A DNA stretch of 63,591 nucleotides, filler included, from Xylographa opegraphella (lineage: Eukaryota), in NCBI GenBank assembly GCA_022813865.1. It is 3 parts of 3 records of this genome, joined end to end, with 100 filler letters (N's around TTAATTAATTAA, not from the genome) between each part and the next. Parts side by side here need not be neighbours in the genome. Positions count along the whole stretch, not along the records: positions 1 to 22,487 come from JALDZX010000131.1; 2 more parts are not named here. The stretch is one strand, 5' to 3'. The notes beneath the pieces are model-generated. The model ran no database searches, was not told the DNA's origin, and saw only the letters and a program-made list of their open reading frames with translations. Below, one piece after another: positions 1 through 12,393 of the stretch. Positions within the stretch are counted from its first letter, which is position 1, and every line of letters begins with the position of its first letter. The position numbers and the translations under genes were made by a program.

Positions 1-209
1 GACTTCTATATAGAGCGGAGGATCTCCTATGTTGTAGAAGGCGTGTTCAACTCATGTTATGATCCTAGACTACTAGGCTTCAATACAATACTGTACGAAG
101 ACTATTAGACTGGAGCATTAAGACTGCATCGTGACTTCCTATCTACTCATCGACGAATCCAACCCAGATCCCTAATCGAACTATACTAGTGAGAGGCAGG
201 ATCGTAACA
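1..209 (+). mobile_element. Solo-LTR-like element family C (truncated by the window start), inserted into a family B copy
   Basis: Near-identical to the 3' part of 10354-10700; ends ...GGATCGTAACA; directly followed by internal family B sequence (CAAGTTTAGTAATACACG). Confidence 0.85.
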
Positions 210-353
210 CAAGTTTAGTAATACACGTAGAAGTTAAAATAACAGTGCTAACGCCAAGACTCCTAACCGCTTTCGAACTAGCCTGAGTCCCGGACGCGCT
301 TTAGTCCCGTTCCGTCTATCACTTATTAAGGTGCCATGTAACACGCCGTTACA
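210..353 (+). mobile_element. 3' part of solo-LTR-like family B
   Basis: Matches the 3' part of 30306-30536; ends ...ACACGCCGTTACA. Confidence 0.85.
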
Positions 354-359
354 CCCTTA

Positions 360-2345
360 CGACGTATAAATAATATAAATAACTTTAAATTAAAAAAGAA
401 GTTTATATTATAATTTATTTATATAAAGATTTTTACAAATTTCTTTAAAGAATTTCTTAATCGCGAATAAACTATAAGATAAAACGTTTAAAAAAATATT
501 TTATTATTATATTTAACGATATATATATTGATTTGTCGCTTTAAATTAAATAGTTATTATTTAAAAAAAATAATACGGTTTATTTTATAATTATAACATC
601 GACACCATATTTTAATTTCATTATTCGCGGTGATATACTATTCTTTAAAAACAATGGAATTTATATTTTATTTATATTACGAAACTATGTTTTAAAGAAA
701 TATAATGATATTTTAATAACGAAATATTTTATTTTATTAAATAATAATATTATTAATTTAAATTAAAAAATTTTATTCAAAATTTCGTAAAAATAAGCGA
801 TACATATTATAAAAAATAAAGGTATTTCGTATAATATCGAATAAAGAACTGCAACTATTGCCTTTTTAATTATTTTTGAAATAATATTTTTACGTTTTAT
901 ATTTTTAGTCGATAAAAGCTATAATTTAAAATATAATTCGACTATAATCGTAGCAAATAAATTAATTTAAACTATTTACTTCGTTTTATATTATACTAAA
1001 ATAAACGCTGTTGAATTCGAATATTTAATAATTAAATTGTTTTAAATATTATATAATATTAATATTAATTATGAGGAGAAAAAATATTTATGTCGAAATT
1101 TTAAAAAATACTATTTGAAGCCCTAAAAATTAAATTCAAACTGTTAACGATATATTATTTTAATTTGATAAATAAATTAAAAAACATAATTAAACTGTAA
1201 AATAATATTTATAAACTTTTATTAATTAAATTTAAAATGACTAGACAAATTATTTATTGTTGATTAAATATATATATAATATATTTATATTTATATTTAT
1301 AGAAATATCGCCTTTTTCGAAAAAAATATCAACGATTATAAACAGTTATAAACGTTAAAATCAATAAAATATTCATAAACGCTATAATATATACGAAAAT
1401 ATTATAAAATATTAATCAAAATTAAAATATATAATTAAAATCGTATAAAATTTAAATAAAATATTATAATAAATATTATTTTTCGATAGAATTCAAAGAA
1501 GGCGATTTAATCTTTTTACGAAATATAAATATTCGAATAATACGTCTATTCAAAAAACTTAACGATCGACATTTTAAATTATTTTGAATTATTAAACGCA
1601 TTAAAAAATAAATTTATAAAAAAATTTACGTAAAATTTTTTAAAATGCGGAAAGCAGATACGCGAGTTTTAAATACTTCACTTTTTATTAAAACAATAAA
1701 TTAATTATATTAAAATTCATAATTAAAAAAAATTTGTAATGAAAATATATAAAAAGCAAACTTAAATATATTTATAGATAATAAGGTTATAAAAATACGA
1801 TTATCGAATTGTTAAAAATTATCGAATAAAGTATATCGACGTTAATAAAAATTTGTTATAAAAAATACTCTTTCGCGCTAAATTTACTATCTAATAAATA
1901 ATTATTGGATTGATTTTATTTTATTAATTTATATTCGTTTAAATTTATATTTCGTTTATATTTATATTTTGCTAATAAAATTACGTTATACCGTATTATA
2001 TTTATTATTTTATATTTCGTTTATATTTATATTTTGCTAATAAATTTACTTTACGTTCGTATTACGCTTATTATTTTATATTTCATTTATAATCGCGGAA
2101 ATTTTATATTACATTAATATTTATATTATTTTATGTTTTGTTTATAATTATTTTATATGATTTCGCTCGTATAAGTAATATTTTATTTATTTATTTATTT
2201 ATCTGTCGGTTTATCGATTTATATTTTAAGCGTAATTTCTGGCTGCTCGCATTTTAGGCGTAACCTTTTGTTTAAAAAATTTAATATATAATGTAAATCT
2301 GCGGTTTTAAACTTCACTTTTTAATTTTAATTTAATAGCCAAATA
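360..2345 (+). mobile_element. RIP-degraded transposon debris including a Ty3/Gypsy integrase relic (~900-1620)
   Basis: Very AT-rich. Mentally reverting transitions at ~1140-1225 gives an LSTAYHPQ.DGQ.E..NQTVEQYL.TF-like integrase motif. No open frame. Confidence 0.6.
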
Positions 2346-2528
2346 TGTGATGGCTATGACATCAGTCACAGGTGATAAGGGTCGGGCTGGATCAGGACTA
2401 GCACCTTTAGTATATATTCTCGCCCATGGAGCAGCCTCACCGCTTCTCCATCTTAATCTAGGTTGAAATCGTCCACCTAAAGCTTACGTTCTAGGCGTGC
2501 TTGTGTGGTGAGTTGATGAGCCGTAACA
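2346..2528 (-). mobile_element. Solo-LTR-like family A copy (183 bp)
   Basis: TGTGA...GTAACA; near-identical to five other full copies; flanks AAATA/TTATT do not form a TSD. Confidence 0.85.
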
Positions 2529-2944
2529 TTATTATATTATTATAATTATATTAAAAATATAAAAAATATTTAATTATAAAAACTCGAAAATTACTATATA
2601 AAAAGGCTGAGTTTATTATATAATCGTCAAATATTATCAAGCGATACGTACAAGCCAGCGTTTGATATTAAACGTAATGATTTTGAATTTATTCGAATTT
2701 TTATTCATCGTAATTTAATCGCTGTCGTATATTATTTTGCTTTTAATCATTATTATTAAAATACGATATAAATGAATTAATTAAGTTAATTTTTTTATAA
2801 TTTTTATATATCGTTAATTCAAAAACGCATATTATACGATTATAACGTTATAAACGATTCATTGTGAATTATTTTATTATTATAAATATTGTTAATATCA
2901 ACGAGCGCGCGACTTTAACTATCGCGATATATATAAAAAATATT

Positions 2945-3135
2945 AAAATAAATTATAAATTTAAATAAGTAGCGTACGGGATTTTTGCGTTAATCGAGCA
3001 AAATAACGATAAAATTTTTAAAATTACGCGAAGTTGGGCTTAAACGTGTTTGCCCCTAATTTCAATTGTTAGTCAGTAATAAGCTAACCCGCAGGGGCTT
3101 AGCGCCCCACACGTCTGAGGAGGTACTGAGGCAAC
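2945..3135 (+). repeat. Repeat terminus plus ACACGTCTGAGGAGGTACTGAGGCAA motif directly upstream of the F-box gene
   Basis: Aligns by eye with 18818-19009 (mostly transitions plus short indels). Confidence 0.75.
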
Positions 3136-3185
3136 ATCAATTCAATGATCCTTAGACACCGCTCCAGACAAAATAACACTCAACA

Positions 3186-4316
3186 ATGAGTCAATCCGTT
3201 GATAGAATGCGGGGAGGACTCATGAGTCTTCCCAATGAGGTGGATCGACCTCCCGAGTAATTTAAAAGTAAGCCACTAATTGAGATAGCTGCTAATAAAC
3301 GTACTGACGCCTTTTTCATCTCGACTGCTATTATCGCTAGCAACCGTATCTTACCGATTTTACAACATCATCTTTCGCATATTTCACACTCGCCTGCAAG
3401 TTGCAGCTTCATTAAAGAATGCCACCTTAATCCTGGAGTGTTATCACCCATCGTCAAGGAACACCGAGCCGTATCTCTTCTGCGACTATCTTGGAACACC
3501 AGATCTGAGCAGTGTCAATGAGGGCGAGCCCACAGTATATGCACATAACAGCCACGTAGGCTATTTTGGAAAGCTTTGCAACATCTACTCAAGGTTTCGG
3601 CCTATCAAGCCAGAAGTTGAGTATAGAGTTTTTCATTCGTACACACTTGGCAACGTTCCTCGACAAAGAGGCACAAGCACCGTGCTTTCACATCAACAAT
3701 CTGTGCCAGACGGAGGATCCGAAGCACTGGTTTCTCATTCATTGAATATGGACTCGCACGAATCATTTTCCCAATTATGTATTGTAATGAATTTGGTGCA
3801 GCTGGGCCCGAGAAGAGGCGTATTCTATGCATTTGTGAACGTCGCAGATGGTGTAGTGCGGATATGGAGGGAATGGCTTGCCCAAGGTGCAGAAATGAAC
3901 CGCGAGAAAATAGCAGAAGCCCCTCGAAGACTTTCAGGCGGAGTAGACTATTCTAAGGAGGAAACAAGGATATCTACCGTTGTCGAGGATGTCGACGAAG
4001 AAGCACGCACTCTTTGGGTCGACAGCCACGAAAATGTTGGCATTCGAGTTAAAGTTAAACAGCGAAGTTGGAAAGAAGATGTACCAGTAATACTCCACTC
4101 TGACGAAGACCCTGGAGTGAGTTATGTTATGGAGTACGAAGGTTCGTTCACGTTACGAAACAGAGTATCCGGCCGGAGTTTGGCTGACTAGTCGTAGAAC
4201 TTTTGGTTCGGACCAACCATCTTCTCCTGGCCATGGAGCGTATGTTATCGGAGCAGAATAACGCATCTAGCAAAGCGTTGGTGTTCTGTTCCTTTGCTTC
4301 CCAGAGTGAAACATAG
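3186..4316 (+). CDS. F-box domain protein (3 exons: 3186-3239, 3289-4141, 4198-4316)
   Basis: MSQSVDRMRGGLMSLPNE|LLINVLTPFSSRLLLSLATVSYRFYNII F-box signature; GT-AG introns with CTAAT/CTGAC branch sites keep the frame through ORF 3682-4191 to a TAG at 4314. Confidence 0.8.
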
Positions 4317-4528
4317 TAAATGTGGAAGTACCAAACATGCCAAGAAAAGTCGGCCATAATGGGGCATCGAAGATAATGTCAGTGAAGTACTACTGCCAAA
4401 GATACCAGTCTCTGTTTGAGACACCCATAGATAATAGGGTGTTAGCTGTCGGTGCAACGGTCAGTGCAACAGGTTTGTCGGACCGCTACTAGTCTCTCGT
4501 AGTTACCACCACGTAGGCGCCATTGTCG

Positions 4529-5142
4529 CTAAAGCATGCCCTTCACCATACGTGCCACCTCAGATTTCTCCACCGGTTTGCCGTCCAAGACACCGCCCGG
4601 ACCTGATACTGCCTTCAGCACACTTCCTATGTTGACAGACACGCTGCTGGTTCGCAATTCTTCGACTGTTTTCGCAATAGCCTCCGTCAGTTCATCTGGT
4701 CCAACCGTTTTTACTTTAGAAGCATATTCTTCAAGCAGCGCTACTTGCGCCTCTTCCTTTTCTTTAAGATCATCTCTTCTCGCCGCACCAAATTCTTGCG
4801 CTGCAGCTTTCGATGCAGCAGCACGTCTCTTCAACAACGAGAGCAATTGGAGGTCGGTCTTGATAGGGGTGGAGGTTTTGGATGCATTGGTGGTTTCCGC
4901 CAGAATTCCACGTAGTACATTAAGCCTTGAAGACACTTTCATCAGCATTTACAGAATTTAGGAGGCAGTAAGCATTAAAGGCACCGATTCGTGTCCTTTG
5001 CCTTCATGGCAGATTTTATATCGGATTTGAACTTCAATAGTAAAGGTGGTGCTGATACATCTAGAGGTAGCGTAGAGTAACCTCTCTGCAAATAACACCA
5101 GTAAGGTGTTTTGATCCATCGGAAAGACATCAAATGCATCAT
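4529..5142 (-). CDS. AIM41: Mitochondrial GatB/YqeY-domain protein Aim41 (one intron ~4928-4981)
   Basis: PPLLLKFKSDIKSAMKAKDTNR|LNVLRGILAE...DLKEKEEAQVALLEEY YqeY motif; N-terminal mitochondrial-type presequence. Confidence 0.85.
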
Positions 5143-6152
5143 ACTTGAAATCGTATGATTATCATTCACGTGCAGAAAGTATTTTAATATAATTCCTCGG
5201 GAATTCGTAGAATTCCATCTTCGAGTACCGTAGTCGCAAGGATAAACATTGTTAATGCCACGCTATAATCCCTGGTGTGATATATATCAAATTTGAAAAT
5301 ATATATATTTTTAAATAACAATGTTGCTGTTCTATATCGTGAATCGTTTCATGGTAATTGAATTATATTTTATAATTTGATTATAATGATATTTTATTAT
5401 AAACACGATTAATAACGAGATAATCAATATATATATAATAATTAATTATTGTAAATAATTAATCGATAACTTTATTTATTGTTGAATATTGAAAATATAA
5501 TAATTATATTTATTGAAAATAAAAATACATTCAGGGCTATTCTATAAACGATAATGAAAATATTCGAAAAAAATTAAAATAAAAATAAAAAAACTCGTAA
5601 AATTTTCGTTTATTTTTAAAAAGTTTATTTCCCAGGTAATAATACTCACTTTAAAGGTTTTTTTTGAGAATATTTTTTAAAAACTCGAGTTTATAAATTT
5701 TTATTTCAATACTTTTATTATAAATAAATATCCAGGTTTATTGCGCAAATAAAATTATAATATTAAAATTGAAATTATTAAATTAACGTTTTTATTAAAA
5801 AGTTAACTGTTTTATCTTTTAATATTTTTGATAAAAATAATTTTATTCCTTATTTTCTACCCTCGAATAACTACGAAATGAATTTTAAAACGACTATATA
5901 TTTTTATTTAAATAAAATATTCAACGCGATTGTTTTATATATTTCATTAAATAAAAATAATAAAAATGATTTTTTTTAAATCGGAACGGTTTTTTACGAA
6001 ATTTAATGTACAACGCGATTAATAAAGTTATAAAAATTTTTAAAGATGAAAAATAAATTACTTGTTAAATCGTTTTTATATAATAAAAATGTAAGGAAAT
6101 TTGCGCTCGAGCCGAATTTTCTTTAATTAAGATTTTAATTTAATAGTTTAAT

Positions 6153-6335
6153 TGTTACGGCTCATCAACTCACCACACAAGCACGCCTAGAACGTAAGCT
6201 TTAGGTGGACGATTTCAACCNAGATTAAGATGGAGAAGCGGTGAGGCTGCTCCATGGGCGAGAATATATACTAAAGGTGCTAGTCCTGATCCAGCCCGAC
6301 CCCTATTACCTGTGACTGATGTCATAGCCGTCACA
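6153..6335 (+). mobile_element. Solo-LTR-like family A copy
   Basis: TGTTACGGCTC...CCGTCACA, 183 bp; flanks TTAAT/AAGGG, no TSD. Confidence 0.85.
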
Positions 6336-6791
6336 AAGGGTGTATTTTATAAGAAAATAACTTTAAAAAATATTCGAGAATATTTAATATTTTTCGAATT
6401 ATTTTAAAAAAAATTTCTTAAAGAATTGGAAGAGTTTTAATTTTATTTATCTTTAAAAATTAAAATTAAAATAATTTTAATTGTTTAACTGCGAACGATT
6501 AAACGATTTATATTATGAAATTAATTCATTTATTTCGATTTTAAGATTTTAAAAAATATTTATATATTAACATAAACATTTAATTTATTTAGTAATTTTT
6601 TCAAAACAAATTAATATATATTCAGGTTTGAAATAGGAATTAAAATTCTTTTTCGCTTTGGTTATATATTCTTTATTATAATAATAAATATATTAATATA
6701 TCTCATAAAATTACGGCAATTTTATATATTTCTTATAATATAACGCCTATTAATGTATTTATTAAAGATTTTATTTAATAACGATCGAAAA

Positions 6792-6974
6792 TGTGACGGC
6801 TATGACATCAGTCACAGGTGATAGGGGTCGGGCTGGATCAGGACTAGCACCTTTAGTATATATTCTCGCCCATGGAGCAGCCTCACCGCTTCTCCATCTT
6901 AATCTNGGTTGAAATCGTCCACCTAAAGCTTACGTTCTAGGCGTGCTTGTGTGGTGAGTTGATGAGCCGTAACA
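6792..6974 (-). mobile_element. Solo-LTR-like family A copy (inverted relative to 6153-6335)
   Basis: 183 bp; flanks GAAAA/TTATT, no TSD. Confidence 0.85.
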
Positions 6975-8088
6975 TTATTAAAGAATTATTTATATTAATA
7001 GTATTAATTAAAAACGCGTACAAAGAATTTCAATGGATAAAAATAAATAAAATTCGTTAAAACGTAAATATACGTATTATTTATTAATAAATCGATAAGT
7101 AATAAATAATAATATTAATTATAAAAAGCCAAACGCGATTATAATTAAAAAGTTTAAATATATTAAATTAAAATTTAAAAAATAAATCGTAGTAGTAAAT
7201 TTTATATTAATAATTACTTTGAGAAATTTTGATTATTTTTTATTCGCTTTTTAAAAAATATAAAACAGTTAAAGATAATTTTAACGTACGAGAAATTTAC
7301 GACGTTATAAAATTCGCTAAATTATTAAAAAAGCTTGTTTTCAAATTTTAAATAATATCGCATTTTAAAGCAAATGGGGCGATCGCGAAAAAAAATCAAA
7401 AATAATATTTTTCGTTATTAAAAAAATTTATTTAATTTTAAATAATTAAAGTTTTATTATAATAAATTAGTAAGTATTTTCTTTGTCGAAAAGAATATTA
7501 TTTAATAAATTATAATAAATTTTTTTCGCTGTAAAATAAATCGATATAAAACCCTCGATTAGTTTTTTTAAATATAAATTATTCAATAACAAAATTGTCG
7601 ATAAAAATAAAATAAATTACGAAATAATCGAAATAAAAACTATCGCGAATATAACGTTAAGAATTAATTAAATAATAATAAATTAACGAATTTTAAATTC
7701 GACTTTGAAAATCAAGCGATTAAAATTGTTATTTTTTTTAAAAAAATCTTTGTTGGTAAATTTTCTAAATTCGATTAAATAATCGATTCTGACGTTTTTT
7801 TATATAATCAATTAATTTAAATTTTTTGATAAATTTTTAGTTAAAATAAAAAAGCGTTAAATAAAAGTTTTAAAAATGATATATTAAATACGCTAATACA
7901 ATTATTATATAAAATCGTAAAAATTATAAAAAAGTTTAATTTTTAATTTTTTAATTTGAATATTAATTTTCTTTTTAATCAACGAATGTGCGAGAAAACT
8001 TTGTATAATAATGTTAATATTAAAATTATATATATACAATTAAAATAAAAAAATAAAAAGTAATTATTCGTAAAAAAATAACGTATAT

Positions 8089-8279
8089 TGTTAATTGGTA
8101 GAAGCATCACTTACTGGTAGGCATAAAGGAATACCTGAAGGCTAGTTCTATTTATGTATAGCGTAGTTCAGTACTAGCGTAGGAGGTATATGTCACGTTC
8201 TCGTGGCCTATACCGAACTTCACCGAATATACGATTACTGTTGCCCCCGCCCTGATCCAAATACACGTGCCTTTTAATA
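8089..8279 (+). mobile_element. Solo-LTR-like family E copy (191 bp)
   Basis: TGTTAA...TTAATA (terminal CA>TA); TSD TATAT; second copy at 25709-25899. Confidence 0.8.
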
Positions 8280-9358
8280 TATATATTATTAAAAAAATAA
8301 TAAAAAAACTTTAATGATTGTATTTTCGTTATTTTTATTTCTAGCAAAACCGAGCGTAAATTATTTATTTAAAATATAAAAACGGTTTAGTTTTTTAAAT
8401 TCATCGATATTTTCATATTTAATTAAAAATAAATTAAATCGTTAATTAATAATATAAATTTTACGCCTAAATAAAAGGAATTTACGTTGTTTAAAAGTAA
8501 TATAATAAAATACGTAAAATATACCCTTTCATAACGTTATTTCGCTTGATTAAAACACGTTAAAATAAGAAATTTATATAAAATAATTAAAATTTAAAAA
8601 TCAATCGCCGTTTTATAAAGCATTAACGATATCTACGATATTTATAATTGTTTTAAATTTCGAAATTAAAAAGATTACGTCGTAAATAAATATAAATTTA
8701 AAGTTTTCGTTTTAATGTTAATTGATATAAATCAATTTCTTTTAGTATTTCGCGAAGGTTATTTTTATCTTTCTTTATTATCAATAATTATTTTACAAAG
8801 ATTTAAAATGTTTCGTTAAAGTAAAGATTAAACGCAATTATCGAATTAAATAAATAAAAATTAATTTTAATCTTTAATTTAAAATAAAATTTATAGCAAT
8901 TTATAATAATAACGCTTTTAAATTTAAATTCATTTTAAACGATCAAAGGATAAATATTGAAATAGTTTTTGAATATATAATATTTTATAAGTTAATATAA
9001 TATAACGTTATTAAACAATTGATATAAATTTTAAATAATTTAATACGCGTTATATTTAAAAATGTAAAGTTTTTCGTTAAATTTTCAATATCCATTATAT
9101 TAAAAATTAAAAACTTAAAAATTATTATTTAAAAAAAATTTATACCGCGCGATTGTACAGGGGTATTTATAAAATACGTTAATAAAATAAATAAATAATA
9201 ATATTTATAAATATTAAATTTGTAACGCGTTATTAAAAGTTACGCGGTAAAATTCAAGAAAAATATATTTAAAAAATTAATCGATTTTAAATTTTTAAAA
9301 TAAATTATAAATATTTTATTTATTAAAAAACTTTACAAAAAAACCTCGTATATATATT

Positions 9359-9541
9359 TGTTACGGCTCATCAACTCACCACGCAAGCACGCCTAGAACG
9401 TAAGCTTTAGGTGGACGATTTCAACCCAGATTAAGATGGAGAAGCGATGAGGCTGCTCCATNNGCAAGACTATATACTCAAGGTGCTAGTCCTGATCCAG
9501 CCCGACCCCTATTACTTGTGACTGATGTCATGATCGTCACA
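9359..9541 (+). mobile_element. Solo-LTR-like family A copy
   Basis: TG...CA, perfect TSD ATATT. Confidence 0.9.
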
Positions 9542-9977
9542 ATATTAATCGAAAAAAAACCCGTTGAAAAATTTCGATTTTTTTAATGTTTATAAAAGAT
9601 TTAAATAATTAATTACATCTAAAAGTTTATCGAATAAATTTTTTCGTTCATTTAAAAATTCTTTTTGTTAGTAATTAATTTTTTTTATATATAACGATTT
9701 TTAAATAAAATTTTTAATTAATTAAAATATTTAAAATACGTTATTAATCGTCGAATTTCTTTTATTTAATTATTTAAACAAATTCAGCAAGGCCAATTTC
9801 GATAATAATAATAATAATATATCGTAATGAGAATTTTTTACAATAAGTTATTTTTTTACTAATTGAGAGTAATATTAATTGAGAAATCTTTAATGCTTTA
9901 TATTTAATGAATTGATTTAAAATCACGATAAATTTTTCTGTTATTATAATATAATTATTATCAAAATAAAAAAAATT

Positions 9978-10950
9978 TCAAATCGAAATTCGATCCTTAA
10001 TGAAATAAAATAACTCGCTTGGATCAATATTTTATTTCCTTTTCAAATTTAATTTTCGAAAGTTTTAACTTTATTTTCACAGCGTTGTATATTTAACGAA
10101 TTTTCTCTATATTAAATTATTTTATTACAGCGTAATTATTACAAAATAATTCAACGTAAAAAATCTCTCATTGAATATATAACGTTATATAAATAAAATT
10201 AAAACTTCGAGAAATTAAATTTCAAGAGGAAATAAATATTAATCAAAGCGAGAATACTACGCTGCAATTAAAATAAAAGGGATTCAAATCAAAATTCGAG
10301 CGTTAATGAAACATATTTTTTCGCTTCGTTCAGTACTTGATTTCCTGTTCAAGTGTTAAGGTTCTCACCTTCATAGGGAATCTCGGGACAGGAGGAACCT
10401 GGCCCCGAGATTGCTCCTGTGGCTTGGCACAGGAGCTCGCCAGTTGCTCCTGTTGCTCCTGTCAGGAGCAAGAGGAGCACCCAGGAACAGGACTTCTATA
10501 TAGAGTGGAGGATCTCTTATGTTGTAGAAGGCGTGTTCAACTCAGGTTATGATCTTAGACTACTAGGCTTCAATACAATACTGTACGAAGACTATTAGAC
10601 TGGAGCATTNNNNNNNNNNNNNNNNNNNNNNNNNNACTCATTGACGAATCCAACCCAGATCCCTAATCGAACTATACTAGTGAGAGGCAGGATCGTAACA
10701 TCAAGTTTAACTTTTTCCACAGCGTTTTAGATTTAATGAAAAATCCCTTTTACGTTGAATCACTTTGTAATAATTACGCTGCAATTAAGATAAAAAGGGT
10801 TCAAATCGAATTTCGATCGCTAATGATGCAAATTATTTCGCTTCGATCAGTACTTTATTCCCTATTTGGGTTTAGCTCCAGGAGGTCTTGGCTTTCCACG
10901 GCGCTGCATATTTAGCGAGAGGTTCTTTCACGCTGGATCACCTTGTAACT
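9978..10950. repeat. Degenerate ~170-bp repeat array with one inverted unit, probably a transposon subterminal region
   Basis: TCAAATC(G/A)AA(A/T)TTCGA...TCGCTT(C/G)G(A/T)TCA(G/A)TA recurs at ~9978, ~10286 and ~10801; a reverse-complement unit lies at ~10128-10255; interrupted by a family C element. Confidence 0.65.
10354..10700 (+). mobile_element. Complete solo-LTR-like family C element (~347 bp)
   Basis: TGTTAAG...CGTAACA, perfect TSD TCAAG, internal TATA-like CTATATAGAG; contains a short N gap. Confidence 0.9.
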
Positions 10951-11417
10951 GAAAATCAGTTCTTTTATATTATATAGAATAATCACTGCCGCATCATTCT
11001 TTACGTACCTGCGAGGCAGGAAATTCAGATTCGGAAAAATCGAACAGTGCTTGAGTTAGGAGATGAATGCGAAATTGCCAATATACAGCTGATCCATGAA
11101 CTTGCTGGGGAGTCAGCAGTAACATTGCTATTTTCCTAAGACGCATTTCAGGTTTTAAATCAAATAGACTTCACTATCATATTGAATCCCCGCTAAAACA
11201 TTATACGCAATCCTCCTAAATGCTACAGCAGCGAGATATTTTCCAACAGCGTTGAAGCCTACTCGCCAATCAGCACCCGTCCATAAATCGTAGGAAATGT
11301 AAGTCATGGTTATTTTGATCCTGGCCCGCTTGATCGACTCACACAGAATCGTTAAAAGTGGAAGCTTTCGCACACAGATCAAAGTGTGATGATCGATTAC
11401 ACAGAGTCAACTGTGCC

Positions 11418-12393
11418 TCACTGATCTTCTGCCTGAGACAGTGCCGAACATGGAGCTTTCGTTATCAGTCGAGCGAGATCAGGCCATGTGCCAGCAGGAC
11501 AAGACACAGCCAACGGCAACGACGGGCAAGTTCGCTGTTCTGGAGGGGTGTATGGCAACTTTGTGAAGCGTTTGAGCCAGATGTTCAGGCCAACCTTTGT
11601 ACCGTCTTTGACCGGCAGACCAGAGTGAGCTGTTTTCCTGTGGCCTGTACCGTCTGGGTGCTCGTTGACCCAAAAAACTGCGCTTCCGGCTACCGGAACG
11701 ACGCCCAAGGCAGAGCGATTGAACGGATCATTAATAATTTCACCGTCGATCATTGAAGGTTGAATCTTAATCCCAGGAAAGTATGTCTCACCGCCAGTAC
11801 AATTGCCATCCAGATAGACGAAGATGGTAGCCAAACGGTTGTAGTACCTGCCTTCAGTGTCTTTCACTGGTTCGTTGAACCAGTCAAAGTGAGTTCGGAA
11901 TGCTTGAGCTGAGCTATAACGTACGACTTGCAATGGTTCAAGGCCATCAGGATCAAGAAAATCAAGGAAGTTGAAGACGCGGTCTGCAACTCGTTGTGCT
12001 ATGGGATCCTCGTAGCCTACGAAATAGGTCTCCGACGTTCTCCAGGCCGAGAAAGATCCATCGAATCCGGTCCCGACGACTTGCGATCGTGAGAATGAGT
12101 TGGAACTACATGAGGCTTGTAAGTCAAAAACACTTGGTCAATACGCTTAGCATAAGGTACCTGATGTTCAAGAAGTGTAAAATTTCGCTTGGGGCTAGGA
12201 AGTTGTGGAGATGAACGAAAAGCGGATCCGTATGAAGGATTCGAGGTGTGTAATCGTGTTTGAGAGTTTTGTCCTCTCTATCGAAGTTTTCAATGCACCC
12301 TGACAGTTCCGCATTGGAATATTTAATAAGAGCGAAAACCCGCAGGATACCTAGTATAGATATGAAAAACTTGGGACATTGCAAGTTTGTCAT
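11418..12393 (-). CDS. Prolyl 4-hydroxylase alpha-type 2OG-Fe(II) dioxygenase with N-terminal signal/anchor (intron ~12110-12160)
   Basis: PRILHTDPLFVHLHNFLAPSE, RTSET, LEPLQVVRY, HFDWF (HxD), RLATIFVYL, GGETYFP, GSAVFWVN, HSGLPVKDGTKVGLNIW. Confidence 0.88.

Larger units (their letters stand above)
5280..10350. mobile_element. AT-rich RIP-degraded transposon block
   Basis: Extreme AT content, no ORFs, CpG retained, hosts several short-element insertions. Confidence 0.8.

Noticed and set aside
6153..6974. Inverted pair of family A copies as the TIRs of one 820-bp element
   Set aside because: The outer flanks (TTAAT/TTATT) are not an exact duplication, and A copies occur singly with their own TSDs elsewhere.
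10337..10552. Cys-rich 71-aa ORF
   Set aside because: Lies within the family C LTR, starts at a non-ATG codon, and the Cys residues arise from TGCTCCTG repeats.
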